Below the pieces are notes generated by a model. It saw nothing but the letters and a program-made list of their open reading frames with translations, made no database searches and had not been told where the DNA came from. A program made the translations under genes and the position numbers. A stretch of 34,888 nucleotides of DNA from Thermodesulfobacteriota bacterium (GTDB lineage: Bacteria > DASVDK01), in NCBI GenBank assembly GCA_036381125.1, contig DASVDK010000124.1, positions 1-34,888 on the forward strand, in the 5' to 3' direction. This document shows positions 9,585 through 19,098 of the stretch, in pieces; the stretch's first letter is position 1, and each line of letters opens with the position of its first letter.

Positions 9585-10462
9585 GGGTGCCGGAGCGTCT
9601 TCCAGTTGATCGCGACGGTGCCGGCCAGCACGGCGGCGCACCCCACGAGGGTGAGCGGTCCCGGCCGCTCGCCGAGCCAGACCGCGCCGACGCCCAGCGC
9701 GATGACCGGCGACACGTAGGTCCAGGTCGTCGGGAACGTGGCGCCTGCCCGCGCGAGGAGCCAGTAGTAGAGGCCGAGCCCGATCATCGACGCAACGACG
9801 GCGAGGTACGCGAGCGCGGCGAGGGCCGCGGGCGTGACGTCCGGCAGCCACGGTCGCTCGAGGAGCGCCGCGAGCGCGAGCAGCGGCAGGCTGCCGAAGA
9901 GCATCTGCCAGGCGTTGAACCCGAACGGCGACAGTCGTCGCACCAGCGAGCGCGACCGGACGGCTCCCACGGCGAACGCCAGCTCTCCCAGCACGAGCCC
10001 CACCTTGCCGATGGTCTCGGCGGCGCCTCCCGACCCCGGGGTGCCGCCCGGCCGGTCGGCCACGATGGCGGCGGTGCCGGCCACGCTCACGGCGAGCCCG
10101 AGGACCACCCCGGCGGCGAGCGGCGCCTCGCCGCCGGCGGCGGCGATGAGCGTCGTGAAGATCGGGGCGGTCGAGACGAGGAAGGCGGCCGTCCCGGACG
10201 AGACGTGCTGCTCGCCCCAGAAGAGGGCGGCGTAGGGGACGGACGTCATCAGAACCCCGGCCGCCGCCACCGCGGCCGCGTCCGTCGCGCCGAGACGCGG
10301 CCGCCGGCCGGCCCAGGCGAGGACCGGCAAGAGGCCCGCGCCGGCGAGGAAGAACCGCAGGCCGGCGAAGAGGAACGGCGGCAGCCCCCCGTCGAGCCCC
10401 ACCCGGATGGCGAAGAAGGTCGTCCCGAAGATCGCGCACATCGCCAGGTACGCCAGCAGCAT
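9545..10462 (-). CDS. EamA/DMT family transporter
   Basis: 305 aa with about 10 hydrophobic segments; motifs IFGTTFFAIRVGL, PPFLFAGLRF and TYVSPVIAL.VG..WLGE; RBS AAGGAGG. Confidence 0.9.
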   Translation of the reverse strand: MLLAYLAMCAIFGTTFFAIRVGLDGGLPPFLFAGLRFFLAGAGLLPVLAWAGRRPRLGATDAAAVAAAGVLMTSVPYAALFWGEQHVSSGTAAFLVSTAPIFTTLIAAAGGEAPLAAGVVLGLAVSVAGTAAIVADRPGGTPGSGGAAETIGKVGLVLGELAFAVGAVRSRSLVRRLSPFGFNAWQMLFGSLPLLALAALLERPWLPDVTPAALAALAYLAVVASMIGLGLYYWLLARAGATFPTTWTYVSPVIALGVGAVWLGERPGPLTLVGCAAVLAGTVAINWKTLRHPGSGLSVLRAGKR

Positions 10463-10523
10463 GGCGCCTCCTTCACTCGAGACAAGAACGTTACACTTGC
10501 ATTTGTACCCCTGTCCATGTATG

Positions 10524-10542
10524 TATTGTCACGATGACAATA
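10524..10542. promoter_or_regulatory. putative MocR operator TATTGTCA-N3-TGACAATA overlapping the regulator start codon
   Basis: Perfect 8-3-8 inverted repeat in the AT-rich divergent intergenic region, preceded by several TGT-containing direct repeats (TGTACC, TGTCCA, TGTATG). Confidence 0.65.
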
Positions 10543-11916
10543 TGGCGACCGGACCTGACGCGGCGGCAGGGGCCGCTCTACCGCCGGATCGTCGAGGCGC
10601 TCGCCGAGGCGGTCGAGGCGGGCACCCTGCCCGCGGGGACGCGCCTGCCGACCCATCGCGACCTTGCGGCCGGCCTCGGCGTCACGATCGGCACGGTGAC
10701 GCGCGCCTACGCGGAGGCGGAGCGGCGCGGACTCGTCGTCGGCCGGGTCGGCAGCGGCACGTACGTCGGGACGGCCGAGCCGGCGGCCGGTCTGCCCGGC
10801 ACGCCGGAGCCTGTCCCCGGTCTCCTCGACCTGTCGTTCAACGGGGCGGCCGACGTCCACGCGGGGGAGGTGGCCGCGGCGCTGGCCGCGCTGGCCGCGC
10901 GCCCCGACCTCGCGGCGCTCCTCGGCTATCAGGCCGATGCCGGCCGGCCCGCGCACCGCGCCGCCGGCGCGGCGTGGCTCGGCCGCTCCGGCGTGGACGC
11001 TCGGCCCGAGCAGGTGCTCGTGACCAGCGGCGGCCAGCACGCCCTGGCAGTCGCCCTTGCCACGGTGGCGAGGCCGGACGACCTGGTCCTCGCCGAGGCG
11101 GTCACCTATGCCGGGGTGAAGGCGCTCGCGAGCCTCCTCGACCTGCGCCTCGAGGGGGCGGCCATGGACCGCGACGGGCTCGTCCCGGAGGCGGTCGAGG
11201 AGGCCTGTCGGCGCGGGCCGGTCCGGGCCCTCTACGTCATCCCGACCCTGCAGAACCCGACGACCGCCCTCATGCCCGAGGCGCGGCGCCGTCGCCTGGC
11301 CGAGATCTGCCGGCGCCACGACGTCGTCCTGATCGAGGACCACGTCGACGGGTTCCTGGTCGCCGACGCGCCGGCGCCCCTGGCCGCCTTCGCCCCCGAG
11401 CGGACGTTCCTCCTGACCAGCCTCTCGAAGAGCCTCGCGCCCGGGTTGCGCATCGGCTACATGCTGGCCCCGGAGGCGTACGCGGCGCGCGCAGCGGCCG
11501 TGCTGCGAACGCTCTCCTGGATGTCGGCGCCGCTCATGGCCGAGGTCGCGGCGCTCCTCGTGCAGGACGGCACCGCCGCCCGGATCGTCGAGGCGCACCG
11601 GCGCGAGGCGCGGGCCCGGCAGCGGATCGCCGCCGACGTGCTGACCGGCGCCTCGGTCGAGACCCGGCCGGAGGCCTACCACCTCTGGCTGCACCTGCCG
11701 CCCCCCTGGCGGGCGGCCGACTTCGCGGCGCGGGCGCGCGAGGCGGGCGTGGCCGTGGCGCCCGCGGAGGTCTTCGCCGTCGACCGGGCGCGAGCGCCGG
11801 AGGCGGTGCGGGTCGCGCTCGGGGTGGCGCCCGATCGGGGGGCCCTCGAGGGCGGCCTTCGGGTCCTCGCGCGGCTCCTGGCCGCGCCGCCGGCGCCCTA
11901 TCTGCCGGTGCTCTAG
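10534..11916 (+). CDS. MocR/GabR-family GntR regulator with PLP-dependent aminotransferase-like domain
   Basis: GntR wHTH (GTRLPTHRDLA..LGVTIGTVTRAYAE..RRGL..GRVGSGTYV) plus aminotransferase I motifs TSGGQHAL, PTLQNPT and SLSKSLAPGLRIGY. Confidence 0.93.
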   Translation: MTIWRPDLTRRQGPLYRRIVEALAEAVEAGTLPAGTRLPTHRDLAAGLGVTIGTVTRAYAEAERRGLVVGRVGSGTYVGTAEPAAGLPGTPEPVPGLLDLSFNGAADVHAGEVAAALAALAARPDLAALLGYQADAGRPAHRAAGAAWLGRSGVDARPEQVLVTSGGQHALAVALATVARPDDLVLAEAVTYAGVKALASLLDLRLEGAAMDRDGLVPEAVEEACRRGPVRALYVIPTLQNPTTALMPEARRRRLAEICRRHDVVLIEDHVDGFLVADAPAPLAAFAPERTFLLTSLSKSLAPGLRIGYMLAPEAYAARAAAVLRTLSWMSAPLMAEVAALLVQDGTAARIVEAHRREARARQRIAADVLTGASVETRPEAYHLWLHLPPPWRAADFAARAREAGVAVAPAEVFAVDRARAPEAVRVALGVAPDRGALEGGLRVLARLLAAPPAPYLPVL

Positions 11917-12025
11917 GGCGCCCGTCCGCAAAGGAGGGCGCGGGGGGACGACCGGGCCGCACCGGCCCGAGTGCGGGAGGGCCGCCGGCTCGAGCGCCGG
12001 CAGAGCGGTGCGCGAGCGGGATGAT

Positions 12026-12050
12026 TGGAAAATGGAAAGACCTGACCCCA
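12026..12050 (+). repeat. REP-like repeat, single exact copy upstream of metH
   Basis: TGGAAAATGGAAAGACCTGACCCCA, identical to 9472-9496, ends 5 nt before the metH RBS AGGAG. Confidence 0.9.
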
Positions 12051-12070
12051 CCCATAGGAGCGAGCCGACG

Positions 12071-15000
12071 GTGAACAGGACGGAGCGCGTCGCCCGCCTC
12101 GTGGCGGCGCTCGAGGAGCGGGTCCTCGTCCTCGACGGGGCGATGGGCACGGCCATCCAGGCGAAGGGCCTCACGGCGGCCGACTTCGGCGGCCCGGCGC
12201 TCGAGGGGTGCAACGAGCACCTCGTCGTCACGCGGCCGGACGTCGTCACGGCCATCCACGAGGCGTATCTGGCCGCGGGGTGCGACATCGTCGAGACCAA
12301 TACGTTCGGCGCAACCCCGCTCGTCCTCGCCGAGTACGGGCTCGAGGGCGAGGCGATCAGGCTCAACCGCGAGGCGGCGCGCCTGGCGCGGGCGGCGGCC
12401 GAGCGTTTCTCGACGCCCGACCGCCCGCGCTTCGTGGCGGGCTCCATGGGGCCGACCACGAAGGCGATCTCGGTGACCGGCGGCGTCACGTTCGACGAGC
12501 TGGTCGAGCACTTCCACGTACAGGCGAGAGGGCTCCACGAGGGGGGCGTCGACTACTTCCTCCTCGAGACCTGCCAGGACACGCGCAACATCAAGGCGGG
12601 CCTCCTCGGCATCGCGAGGCTCAACGAGTCGCTGCCGCCCGAGGAGCGGATCCCGGTGGCCGTCTCGGCGACGATCGAGCCGATGGGGACGATGCTCGCG
12701 GGCCAGTCGGTGGACGCGCTGGCCGCGGCGCTCGAGCACGCCGATCTCCTCTACCTCGGCCTCAACTGCGCCACCGGCCCGGAGTTCATGACCGACCACA
12801 TCCGGTCGCTCGCGGCCCTGTCGCGCTTCCGCGTGGCGTGCGTGCCCAACGCGGGGCTGCCGGACGAGAACGGGCACTACCTCGAGACGCCGGAGATGAT
12901 CGCCCAGACGATCCGGCACTTCCTCGACCAGGGGTGGCTCAACGCGGTCGGGGGCTGCTGCGGCACGCACGCGGGGCACATCGCCGCGCTGGTGGAGGCG
13001 GCGGCCGGCCGCCGCCCGCGCGTGCCGCCGACCGCGCGCCGCTCGACCCTCTCGGGGATCGACTACGTCGAGGTCACCGACGACGTGCGGCCGGTCCTCG
13101 TGGGAGAGCGGACCAACGTCATCGGCAGCCGGAAGTTCAAGGACCTGATCGTCGAGGAGAAGTTCGAGGAGGCGGCCGAGATCGCGCGGGCGCAGGTGAA
13201 GAGCCTCGCGCAGGTGATCGACGTCTGCCTGGCGAACCCCGACCGGGACGAGATGGCCGACATGCGCCGGTTCCTCACGGCGCTGATCAACAAGGTCCGC
13301 GTCCCGCTCATGATCGACTCGACCGACCCCGCGGTCATCGAGATGGCGCTCACGTTCTGTCAGGGCAAGGCCATCGTCAACTCGGTGAACCTCGAGGACG
13401 GCGAGGAGCGGTTCGCCCGCGTCGTCCCGCTCGCCCGGAAGTACGGCGCGGCGCTCGTCGTCGGGACCATCGACGACGACCCGAAGCAGGGGATGGGCGT
13501 GACGCGCGAGCGCAAGCTCGCCATCGCCGAGCGCGAGTACGCGCTCCTCACGGGGAAGTACGGCGTGCCGCCCGAGGACATCTACTGGGACCCGCTGGTC
13601 TTCCCCTGCGCGACCGGCGACGCGCAGTACGTCGGCTCGGCGGTGGAGACGATCGAGGGCGTCCGGCTCCTCAAGCAGCGCTTCCCGGGCACGCGCACGA
13701 TCCTCGGCATCTCGAACGTGTCGTTCGGCCTGCCGCCCGCGGGGCGCGAGGTGCTGAACTCCGTCTTCCTCTACCACTGCGTGCAGGCGGGGCTCGACCT
13801 CGCCATCGTCAACACCGAGCGGCTCGAGCGGTACCCGCAGATCCCGGCCGAGGAGCGCAAGCTCGCCGAGGACCTCCTCTGGAACCGCGGCGACGACCCG
13901 GTCGCCGCCTTCGCGGCCCACTTCCGCGACCGGAAGGGCAAGGCGAAGGGGAGCCGGGCGGACCTCCCGCTCGACCAGCGGCTCGCGCGCTACATCGTCG
14001 AGGGGAGCCGCGACGGGCTGATCGAGGACCTGAACGAGAAGCTCAAGGAGGCCAGGCCGCTCGACATCATCAACGGCCCGCTCATGGCCGGCATGGACGA
14101 GGTGGGCCGCCTCTTCAACAACAACGAGCTGATCGTGGCCGAGGTGCTCCAGTCGGCGGAGGCGATGAAGCTCGCGGTCGCGCACCTCGAGCCCTTCATG
14201 GACCGGGCGGACGTCTCGACGCGCGGCAAGGTGATCCTCGCGACGGTGAAGGGCGACGTCCACGACATCGGCAAGAACCTCGTCGAGATCATCCTCAAGA
14301 ACAACGGCTTCGAGGTCGTGAACCTCGGCATCAAGGTCGCGCCCGAGCAGCTCCTCGCCGCCGTCAAGGCGCACCGGCCGGACATCATCGGCCTCTCCGG
14401 GCTCCTCGTGAAGTCGGCCCAGCAGATGGTGACCACGGCCGAGGACCTGTCGCGCGCCGGCGTCCGGCTGCCGGTCCTCGTCGGCGGGGCGGCGCTCTCG
14501 CGCGCCTTCGTCGACAAGAAGATCGCGCCGGCCTACGAGGGCGGCCTGGTCGCCTACGCGCGCGACGCCATGCAGGGGCTCGACCTCGCCAAGCAGATCG
14601 TCGAGCCCGAGGCGCGCGAGCGGCTCGCGGCCGACCTGGCCCGGCAGCGGGCGGCCCTGGCGGTGGACGACGGCCTCAAGGTGGCCCGCTCCGAGGCGCC
14701 TCGCAGCCGGTCGCTGGAGGTGCCGGTGCTCTCCGACCTGCCGGCGGCGCCCGACTTCGAACGCCACGTCCTCGCCTGGACGCCGCTCGACGAGCTGTGG
14801 GCCTACGTCAACCCGCGCATGCTCTACGGCAAGCACCTCGGCATGAAGGGCGTGGGGCTGCGCATGCTCGACGCGGGCCGGCGCCCCTCGCGGCGGTCGG
14901 CGGACGAGGAGGAGCGCCGCGCCGCGGAGATCGTCGAGGTCGTGGAGGCGGTCAAGGCCGACATCCGCAGCCGCCGCAAGGACCTCATGCGGCCGCGCGC

Positions 15001-15619
15001 GGTCTACCGCTTCTTCCGCGCGGCGAGCGAGGGGAACCGGCTGCACCTGTACGGGCCGTCGGGCGGCCCCGGGCGCGGGACGCCGCTCGCCACGTTCGAC
15101 TTCCCCAGGCAGCCGCGGCCCGAGGGGCTCTGCATCGCCGACTACGTCCACCCGGTGGACGCGCCCGGCGTCGACACGGTCTGCCTCTTCGTCACGACGG
15201 CGGGGGAGGGGGTGCGCGCCGAGGCCGAGGCGCTCAAGGCGCGCGGCGAGTACCTCAGGTCGCACGTCCTCATGGCGCTCGGCCTCGAGACCGCGGAGGC
15301 CTACGCCGAGTGGCTGCACGCGAAGCTGCGCGGCCTCTGGGGGTTCCCCGACCCGCCGACCACGACCATGAAGTCGCGCTTCCAGGCGCGCTACCGCGGC
15401 AAGCGCTACTCGTTCGGCTATCCGGCCTGCCCGCGCCTCGACGACCAGGCGATCCTCTTCGGGCTGCTCGAGCCGGCCGACATCGGCGTGCAGCTCACCG
15501 ACGGCTTCATGATGGATCCCGAGGCGAGCGTCTCGGCGATCGTCGTGCACCACCCCCAGGCGGTCTACTTCGGCGTCGGGCCCGGCGGCGAGCAGCCGGG
15601 CGCGGGGGCGGAGGACTGA
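12071..15619 (+). CDS. metH: cobalamin-dependent methionine synthase
   Basis: VLDGAMGT, GLNCA and GGCCGT (Hcy/Zn domain), GERTN (pterin domain), ATVKGDVHDIGKN and SGLL (B12-binding) and RYSFGYPACP (activation domain). GTG 12071 follows RBS AGGAG. Confidence 0.97.
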   Translation: MNRTERVARLVAALEERVLVLDGAMGTAIQAKGLTAADFGGPALEGCNEHLVVTRPDVVTAIHEAYLAAGCDIVETNTFGATPLVLAEYGLEGEAIRLNREAARLARAAAERFSTPDRPRFVAGSMGPTTKAISVTGGVTFDELVEHFHVQARGLHEGGVDYFLLETCQDTRNIKAGLLGIARLNESLPPEERIPVAVSATIEPMGTMLAGQSVDALAAALEHADLLYLGLNCATGPEFMTDHIRSLAALSRFRVACVPNAGLPDENGHYLETPEMIAQTIRHFLDQGWLNAVGGCCGTHAGHIAALVEAAAGRRPRVPPTARRSTLSGIDYVEVTDDVRPVLVGERTNVIGSRKFKDLIVEEKFEEAAEIARAQVKSLAQVIDVCLANPDRDEMADMRRFLTALINKVRVPLMIDSTDPAVIEMALTFCQGKAIVNSVNLEDGEERFARVVPLARKYGAALVVGTIDDDPKQGMGVTRERKLAIAEREYALLTGKYGVPPEDIYWDPLVFPCATGDAQYVGSAVETIEGVRLLKQRFPGTRTILGISNVSFGLPPAGREVLNSVFLYHCVQAGLDLAIVNTERLERYPQIPAEERKLAEDLLWNRGDDPVAAFAAHFRDRKGKAKGSRADLPLDQRLARYIVEGSRDGLIEDLNEKLKEARPLDIINGPLMAGMDEVGRLFNNNELIVAEVLQSAEAMKLAVAHLEPFMDRADVSTRGKVILATVKGDVHDIGKNLVEIILKNNGFEVVNLGIKVAPEQLLAAVKAHRPDIIGLSGLLVKSAQQMVTTAEDLSRAGVRLPVLVGGAALSRAFVDKKIAPAYEGGLVAYARDAMQGLDLAKQIVEPEARERLAADLARQRAALAVDDGLKVARSEAPRSRSLEVPVLSDLPAAPDFERHVLAWTPLDELWAYVNPRMLYGKHLGMKGVGLRMLDAGRRPSRRSADEEERRAAEIVEVVEAVKADIRSRRKDLMRPRAVYRFFRAASEGNRLHLYGPSGGPGRGTPLATFDFPRQPRPEGLCIADYVHPVDAPGVDTVCLFVTTAGEGVRAEAEALKARGEYLRSHVLMALGLETAEAYAEWLHAKLRGLWGFPDPPTTTMKSRFQARYRGKRYSFGYPACPRLDDQAILFGLLEPADIGVQLTDGFMMDPEASVSAIVVHHPQAVYFGVGPGGEQPGAGAED

Positions 15620-15833
15620 CGCGGGCCCGGGCGGGCCCGCGCGCGGCGACCGAGCCGCCGTATCGCCTGGACCGCAGGGCCGCCGCCCGGGCAACGGCGG
15701 CCCGGCACGCAGCCTGCACAAGGGGGAGGGCGACGGTCGGGGCGTTCAAGATCTGGCCGTCACCGGACGCCCTGGGTGCGGTCCCCTCCCCCGCACCCGG
15801 GGCGATCTTGTCTCCGGGCGAGCCGGCGCCCGC

Positions 15834-17006
15834 TCACGCCGGCGGAGCATCTCGTACCACGACCTTCCCAGCCACCATCACCATCGACGGCCGCGAGGCG
15901 AGGTCGAAGGGATGGCCCCGGTGCACGACGAGGTCGGCCGACTTGCCGGGCTCGAGGCTGCCGATGCGATCGGCGACCCCGAGGACCCGGGCCGGCTCGA
16001 GCGTGACGGCCCGGAGCGCCCCCTCCGGGCTCATCCCGGCGCGTACGGCGAGCCCGGCGCAGAGGGGGAGGTACTCGAGCCCGGTCACCGGGTGGTCGGT
16101 GATCAGGCAGACACGCACGCCGGCTCGCTCGAGCAGCCCCGGCGTCTCGAACCCCCGGCGGCGCAACTCCACCTTCGAACGCGACGACATGCTCGGCCCG
16201 ACCAGGCAGGGGACGCCGGCCTCGGCGAGCCGGTCGGCGACGAGGTGGGCCTCGGTGGCATGGTCGATGACGACCTCGATGCCGAACTCCTCGCCGATTC
16301 GCAGCGCCGTGAGGATGTCGTCCGCCCGGTGCGCGTGGCAGCGCAGCGGGATCTCGCCGGCGAGCACCCGCGCGACCGCGTCGAGCTTGAGGTCCGGGTC
16401 GACCGGCCGCTCGTCCGAGGCGCGCGCCCGCCTCTCGACGTACGCCCGCGCGCGGACGAGCGTTTCGCGCAGGAGCCCCGCGATGGCCATGCGGGTGATC
16501 GGCGACTTCTTCTGGTCGCGGCCGTGCGCCCGCTTGGGGTTCTCGCCGAAGGCGGCCTTGAGACCGGCCGGGTCGCGCAGCACCATCGCGTCGACGCGCG
16601 ACCCGGCCAGCCGGATCACGCACCCGAGGCCGCCGAGGACGTTGGCGCTGCCCGGCGTGACGAAGGCGGCGGTCACGCCCGCCTCCAGGGCGTCGCGGAT
16701 GCCGTCGTCGTCGGGGTTGATGCCGTCCCGGGCGCGCAGGTGCGGCGTGAGCGGCTCGGCGGTCTCGTTGTAATCGGCCCCTTCCCAGCCGATCCCCTCC
16801 TCGTGGAGACCGACGTGCGTGTGGGCGTCGACGAAGCCGGGCGTGACCACGCAGCCCCGCGCGTCGATCACCTCGGCGCCCTGCGGCACCGCGACGGCGT
16901 GGGCGTGTCCCACCGCCGCGATGCGGTCGCCCTCGACGAGCACCGTCCCGGCCGCCAGCGTCCCGTGGGAGACCGTGTGCACCTCGCCGCCGCAGATCGC
17001 GAGCAT
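15834..17006 (-). CDS. metal-dependent amidohydrolase (imidazolonepropionase-like superfamily)
   Basis: VTPGFVDAHTHVG, KAAFGENPK, CHAHRADD, DHATE, TDHP and GSLEPGKSADLV. Start is ATG 17006 or 17015. Confidence 0.9.
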   Translation of the reverse strand: MLAICGGEVHTVSHGTLAAGTVLVEGDRIAAVGHAHAVAVPQGAEVIDARGCVVTPGFVDAHTHVGLHEEGIGWEGADYNETAEPLTPHLRARDGINPDDDGIRDALEAGVTAAFVTPGSANVLGGLGCVIRLAGSRVDAMVLRDPAGLKAAFGENPKRAHGRDQKKSPITRMAIAGLLRETLVRARAYVERRARASDERPVDPDLKLDAVARVLAGEIPLRCHAHRADDILTALRIGEEFGIEVVIDHATEAHLVADRLAEAGVPCLVGPSMSSRSKVELRRRGFETPGLLERAGVRVCLITDHPVTGLEYLPLCAGLAVRAGMSPEGALRAVTLEPARVLGVADRIGSLEPGKSADLVVHRGHPFDLASRPSMVMVAGKVVVRDAPPA

Positions 17007-17013
17007 CACGCGC

Positions 17014-17043
17014 ATCGTGCGGGCGCGGCCGGCGCGCTGTCAA
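17014..17043 (-). promoter_or_regulatory. sigma70-type promoter for the amidohydrolase, probably leaderless transcript
   Basis: Minus strand TTGACA (17043-17038)-N18-CACGAT (17019-17014), with ATG 17006 seven nt downstream and no SD. Confidence 0.5.
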
Positions 17044-17082
17044 GGCGCCGGCGCCGGCGGCCGGCGCCTTGCGGTCGCCGCC

Positions 17083-17112
17083 TTGACGACGGCGCCGCCG
17101 GTCGGCTACAGT
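17083..17112 (+). promoter_or_regulatory. sigma70-type promoter for the thioesterase-amrB-amidase operon
   Basis: TTGACG (17083-17088)-N18-TACAGT (17107-17112). Confidence 0.6.
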
Positions 17113-17157
17113 GCCGCTGCCGGGAAAGCCTTGCGGGACAGCTACTTAGGTGGTCGA

Positions 17158-17619
17158 GTGGAGCCTGTGACCGAGCGGGAGGCGGGGGCCGGGCGAGCGG
17201 GGTGGCCGAGCGTTCGCGCGGTCGCCTCGGCCGTCGTGCCCTACGCCGACACCGACGCGCAGGGGCGCGTCTACTACGGACACTACGCCCGCTACCTGGA
17301 CGAGGGGAGGTTCCGGCTCTGGACCGCCGCGGGCTTCGACGAGGCGGAGCTGCGGCGGCTCGAGCACGCCACGGTGCTCGCGCGTCTCGAGATCGACTAC
17401 CGCGGGCCCGCGGAGTTCCACGACCGCCTGCGCGTCGCGGTGGGGATCGAGTCGATCGGCCGCACGAGCCTCGTGCTCCGCTACGCCGTGACGCACGCGG
17501 ACGGCCGCCCGGTCCTCGACGCGCGTCAGGTCCTCGTGCACGTCGACCTCGCGGCGGGCGGGCGCCCCGTCCCGTGGACCTCCGCGGATCGGGCGCGCCT
17601 CGATCCCCTGGTCGGCTGA
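17158..17619 (+). CDS. acyl-CoA thioesterase (4HBT/YbgC hotdog family)
   Basis: VPYADTDAQGRVYYGHYARYLDEGR and LEIDYRGPAEFHD...IGRTS. Start GTG 17158 (or 17167). Confidence 0.88.
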   Translation: MEPVTEREAGAGRAGWPSVRAVASAVVPYADTDAQGRVYYGHYARYLDEGRFRLWTAAGFDEAELRRLEHATVLARLEIDYRGPAEFHDRLRVAVGIESIGRTSLVLRYAVTHADGRPVLDARQVLVHVDLAAGGRPVPWTSADRARLDPLVG

Positions 17620-17620
17620 C

Positions 17621-18892
17621 GTGGCGCCCGAGCGGCCACGCCTGCGAGCCGTCGAAGCCTTCCCGATCGAGCACGAGGGCCGGCGGCTCCTCGCGCTGCG
17701 CGACCCCTCCGGCCTGGCCGACCGGACGCTCGTGATCGCCGCGGAGGCGGCGGGCCTGCTCGCCCGGCTCGACGGCCGCCACACGCTCGAGGACCTCGTC
17801 GGCGCGCACTTCCGGGCCACCGGGGTGCTCCTCTCGCTCCGCGAGGTCGAGGGGCTCGTGGAGCTGCTCGATCGCGAGCACTTCCTCGACTCGCCCGCGG
17901 CGGCGCGTCGGCGGGCGCTCCTCACGGAGGCGTACCGGGCCGCGCCGCACCGGCCGGCCGCCCACGCCGGGATCTCCTACCCGGCCGACCCGGACCAGCT
18001 CGACTCGCAGCTCGCGGCCCTCGAGCGCGCGACGCGCGTCGACGTCGCGGCGCCGGACGGCGGCGGCGAGCTGGTGGCCATCGTGGCCCCCCACATCGAC
18101 CTCAGGGTCGGCGCCGCGACGTACGTGCCGGCCTATCGGGCGCTCGCGGCGGCCGGCGGCGCGGACATCGCCGTCGTCCTCGGCGTGGGCCACATGGGGA
18201 TCCCCGGCCTCTTCGCGGCCGGGACGCTCGACTTCGCGACGCCGCTCGGCGTCGCCCGCACCGACCGCGCGTTCGTGGCCGAGCTGTCGGCGGCGTTCGG
18301 CGACGACCTGACGGCCGAGGAGCTGGCCTTCCGGACCGACCACACGGTCGAGTTCCAGGTCCTCTTCCTCCAGCGCGTCCTCGGCGACGGCGTGCGGGTG
18401 GTCCCGCTCCTGGCGAGCTTCGGCTTCGAGGAGGCGCGAGGGGAGGCGGCCGGGCGGATCGGCCGCTTCGCGGCCGCCCTCCGGGAGACGATCGCGCGTC
18501 GCCGCGACGAGGGGTTGCGGGTGGTGGTCGTCGTCTCGGCCGACCTGGCACATGTCGGGCCGCGATACGGCGACCCGGCCCCCTTCGACGAGGAGCAGCT
18601 CCTCCGCGTCGAGGAGGCCGACCGCGCCCTGCTCGAGACCGTGGCCGCGGGCGACGCCGCGGCCCTGCTCGACCGGCTCGCGGCCGACCGGGACCGCTTC
18701 CGCATCTGCGGCTTCTCCCCCCTCTACACGGCGCTCGGCGCGGTCGGCGTGCGCGGCGGGCGGCTGCTCGCCTACGGCCGGGGCCCGACGGACGGCGCCG
18801 GCTCGATCTGCTCGTACGCATCGCTGGCGCTCTACGGCCGGGCCTCCGGCGCGCCAGGTCTTCCGATCACTGACGGAGGTGAGACACGGTGA
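17621..18892 (+). CDS. amrB: AmmeMemoRadiSam system protein B (MEMO1 family) with N-terminal extension
   Basis: AAHAGISYP, APHID, LGVGH, FATPLG, DHTVEFQVLFLQ, SADLAHVGPRYGD and RICG..P. An extra ~100 aa N-terminal domain (LRDPSGL...LDGRHTLEDL) is present. Confidence 0.88.
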   Translation: MAPERPRLRAVEAFPIEHEGRRLLALRDPSGLADRTLVIAAEAAGLLARLDGRHTLEDLVGAHFRATGVLLSLREVEGLVELLDREHFLDSPAAARRRALLTEAYRAAPHRPAAHAGISYPADPDQLDSQLAALERATRVDVAAPDGGGELVAIVAPHIDLRVGAATYVPAYRALAAAGGADIAVVLGVGHMGIPGLFAAGTLDFATPLGVARTDRAFVAELSAAFGDDLTAEELAFRTDHTVEFQVLFLQRVLGDGVRVVPLLASFGFEEARGEAAGRIGRFAAALRETIARRRDEGLRVVVVVSADLAHVGPRYGDPAPFDEEQLLRVEEADRALLETVAAGDAAALLDRLAADRDRFRICGFSPLYTALGAVGVRGGRLLAYGRGPTDGAGSICSYASLALYGRASGAPGLPITDGGETR

Positions 18893-19098
18893 CCCGTACA
18901 TCCGACGACGAGACCCTTGCCGCGTTCGCCGCGGCGGTCGGGGCCGCTTCGCTGGGCGAGCCGGACCTGAACCGCCTGATCGCGACCGCGAGACAGGTGC
19001 GCGAGGACGCGCGCGCCGTGGCGGCGCTCGACCTCGAGGACGTCGAGCCCGAGGCGCGCCCGCAGGTCGACCTGCCGACCGGGGGGGCCGAGTCGTGA
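18889..19098 (+). CDS. small GatC/AtzG-like amidase partner protein (69 aa)
   Basis: RBS GGAGGTG; GTGA overlaps with both amrB and the amidase. Helix followed by LDLEDVEP, resembling the GatC LD..GVEP tail. Confidence 0.65.
   Translation: MTRTSDDETLAAFAAAVGAASLGEPDLNRLIATARQVREDARAVAALDLEDVEPEARPQVDLPTGGAES

Noticed and set aside
11917..12070. SAM or SAH riboswitch before metH
   Set aside because: Hairpins are present but the conserved SAM-I, SAM-II and SAH core sequences were not found.
15621..15802. GC hairpins between metH and the amidohydrolase as intrinsic terminators or ncRNA
   Set aside because: Stems exist (15621-15640 and about 15771-15801) but lack U tracts and are unremarkable at this GC content.
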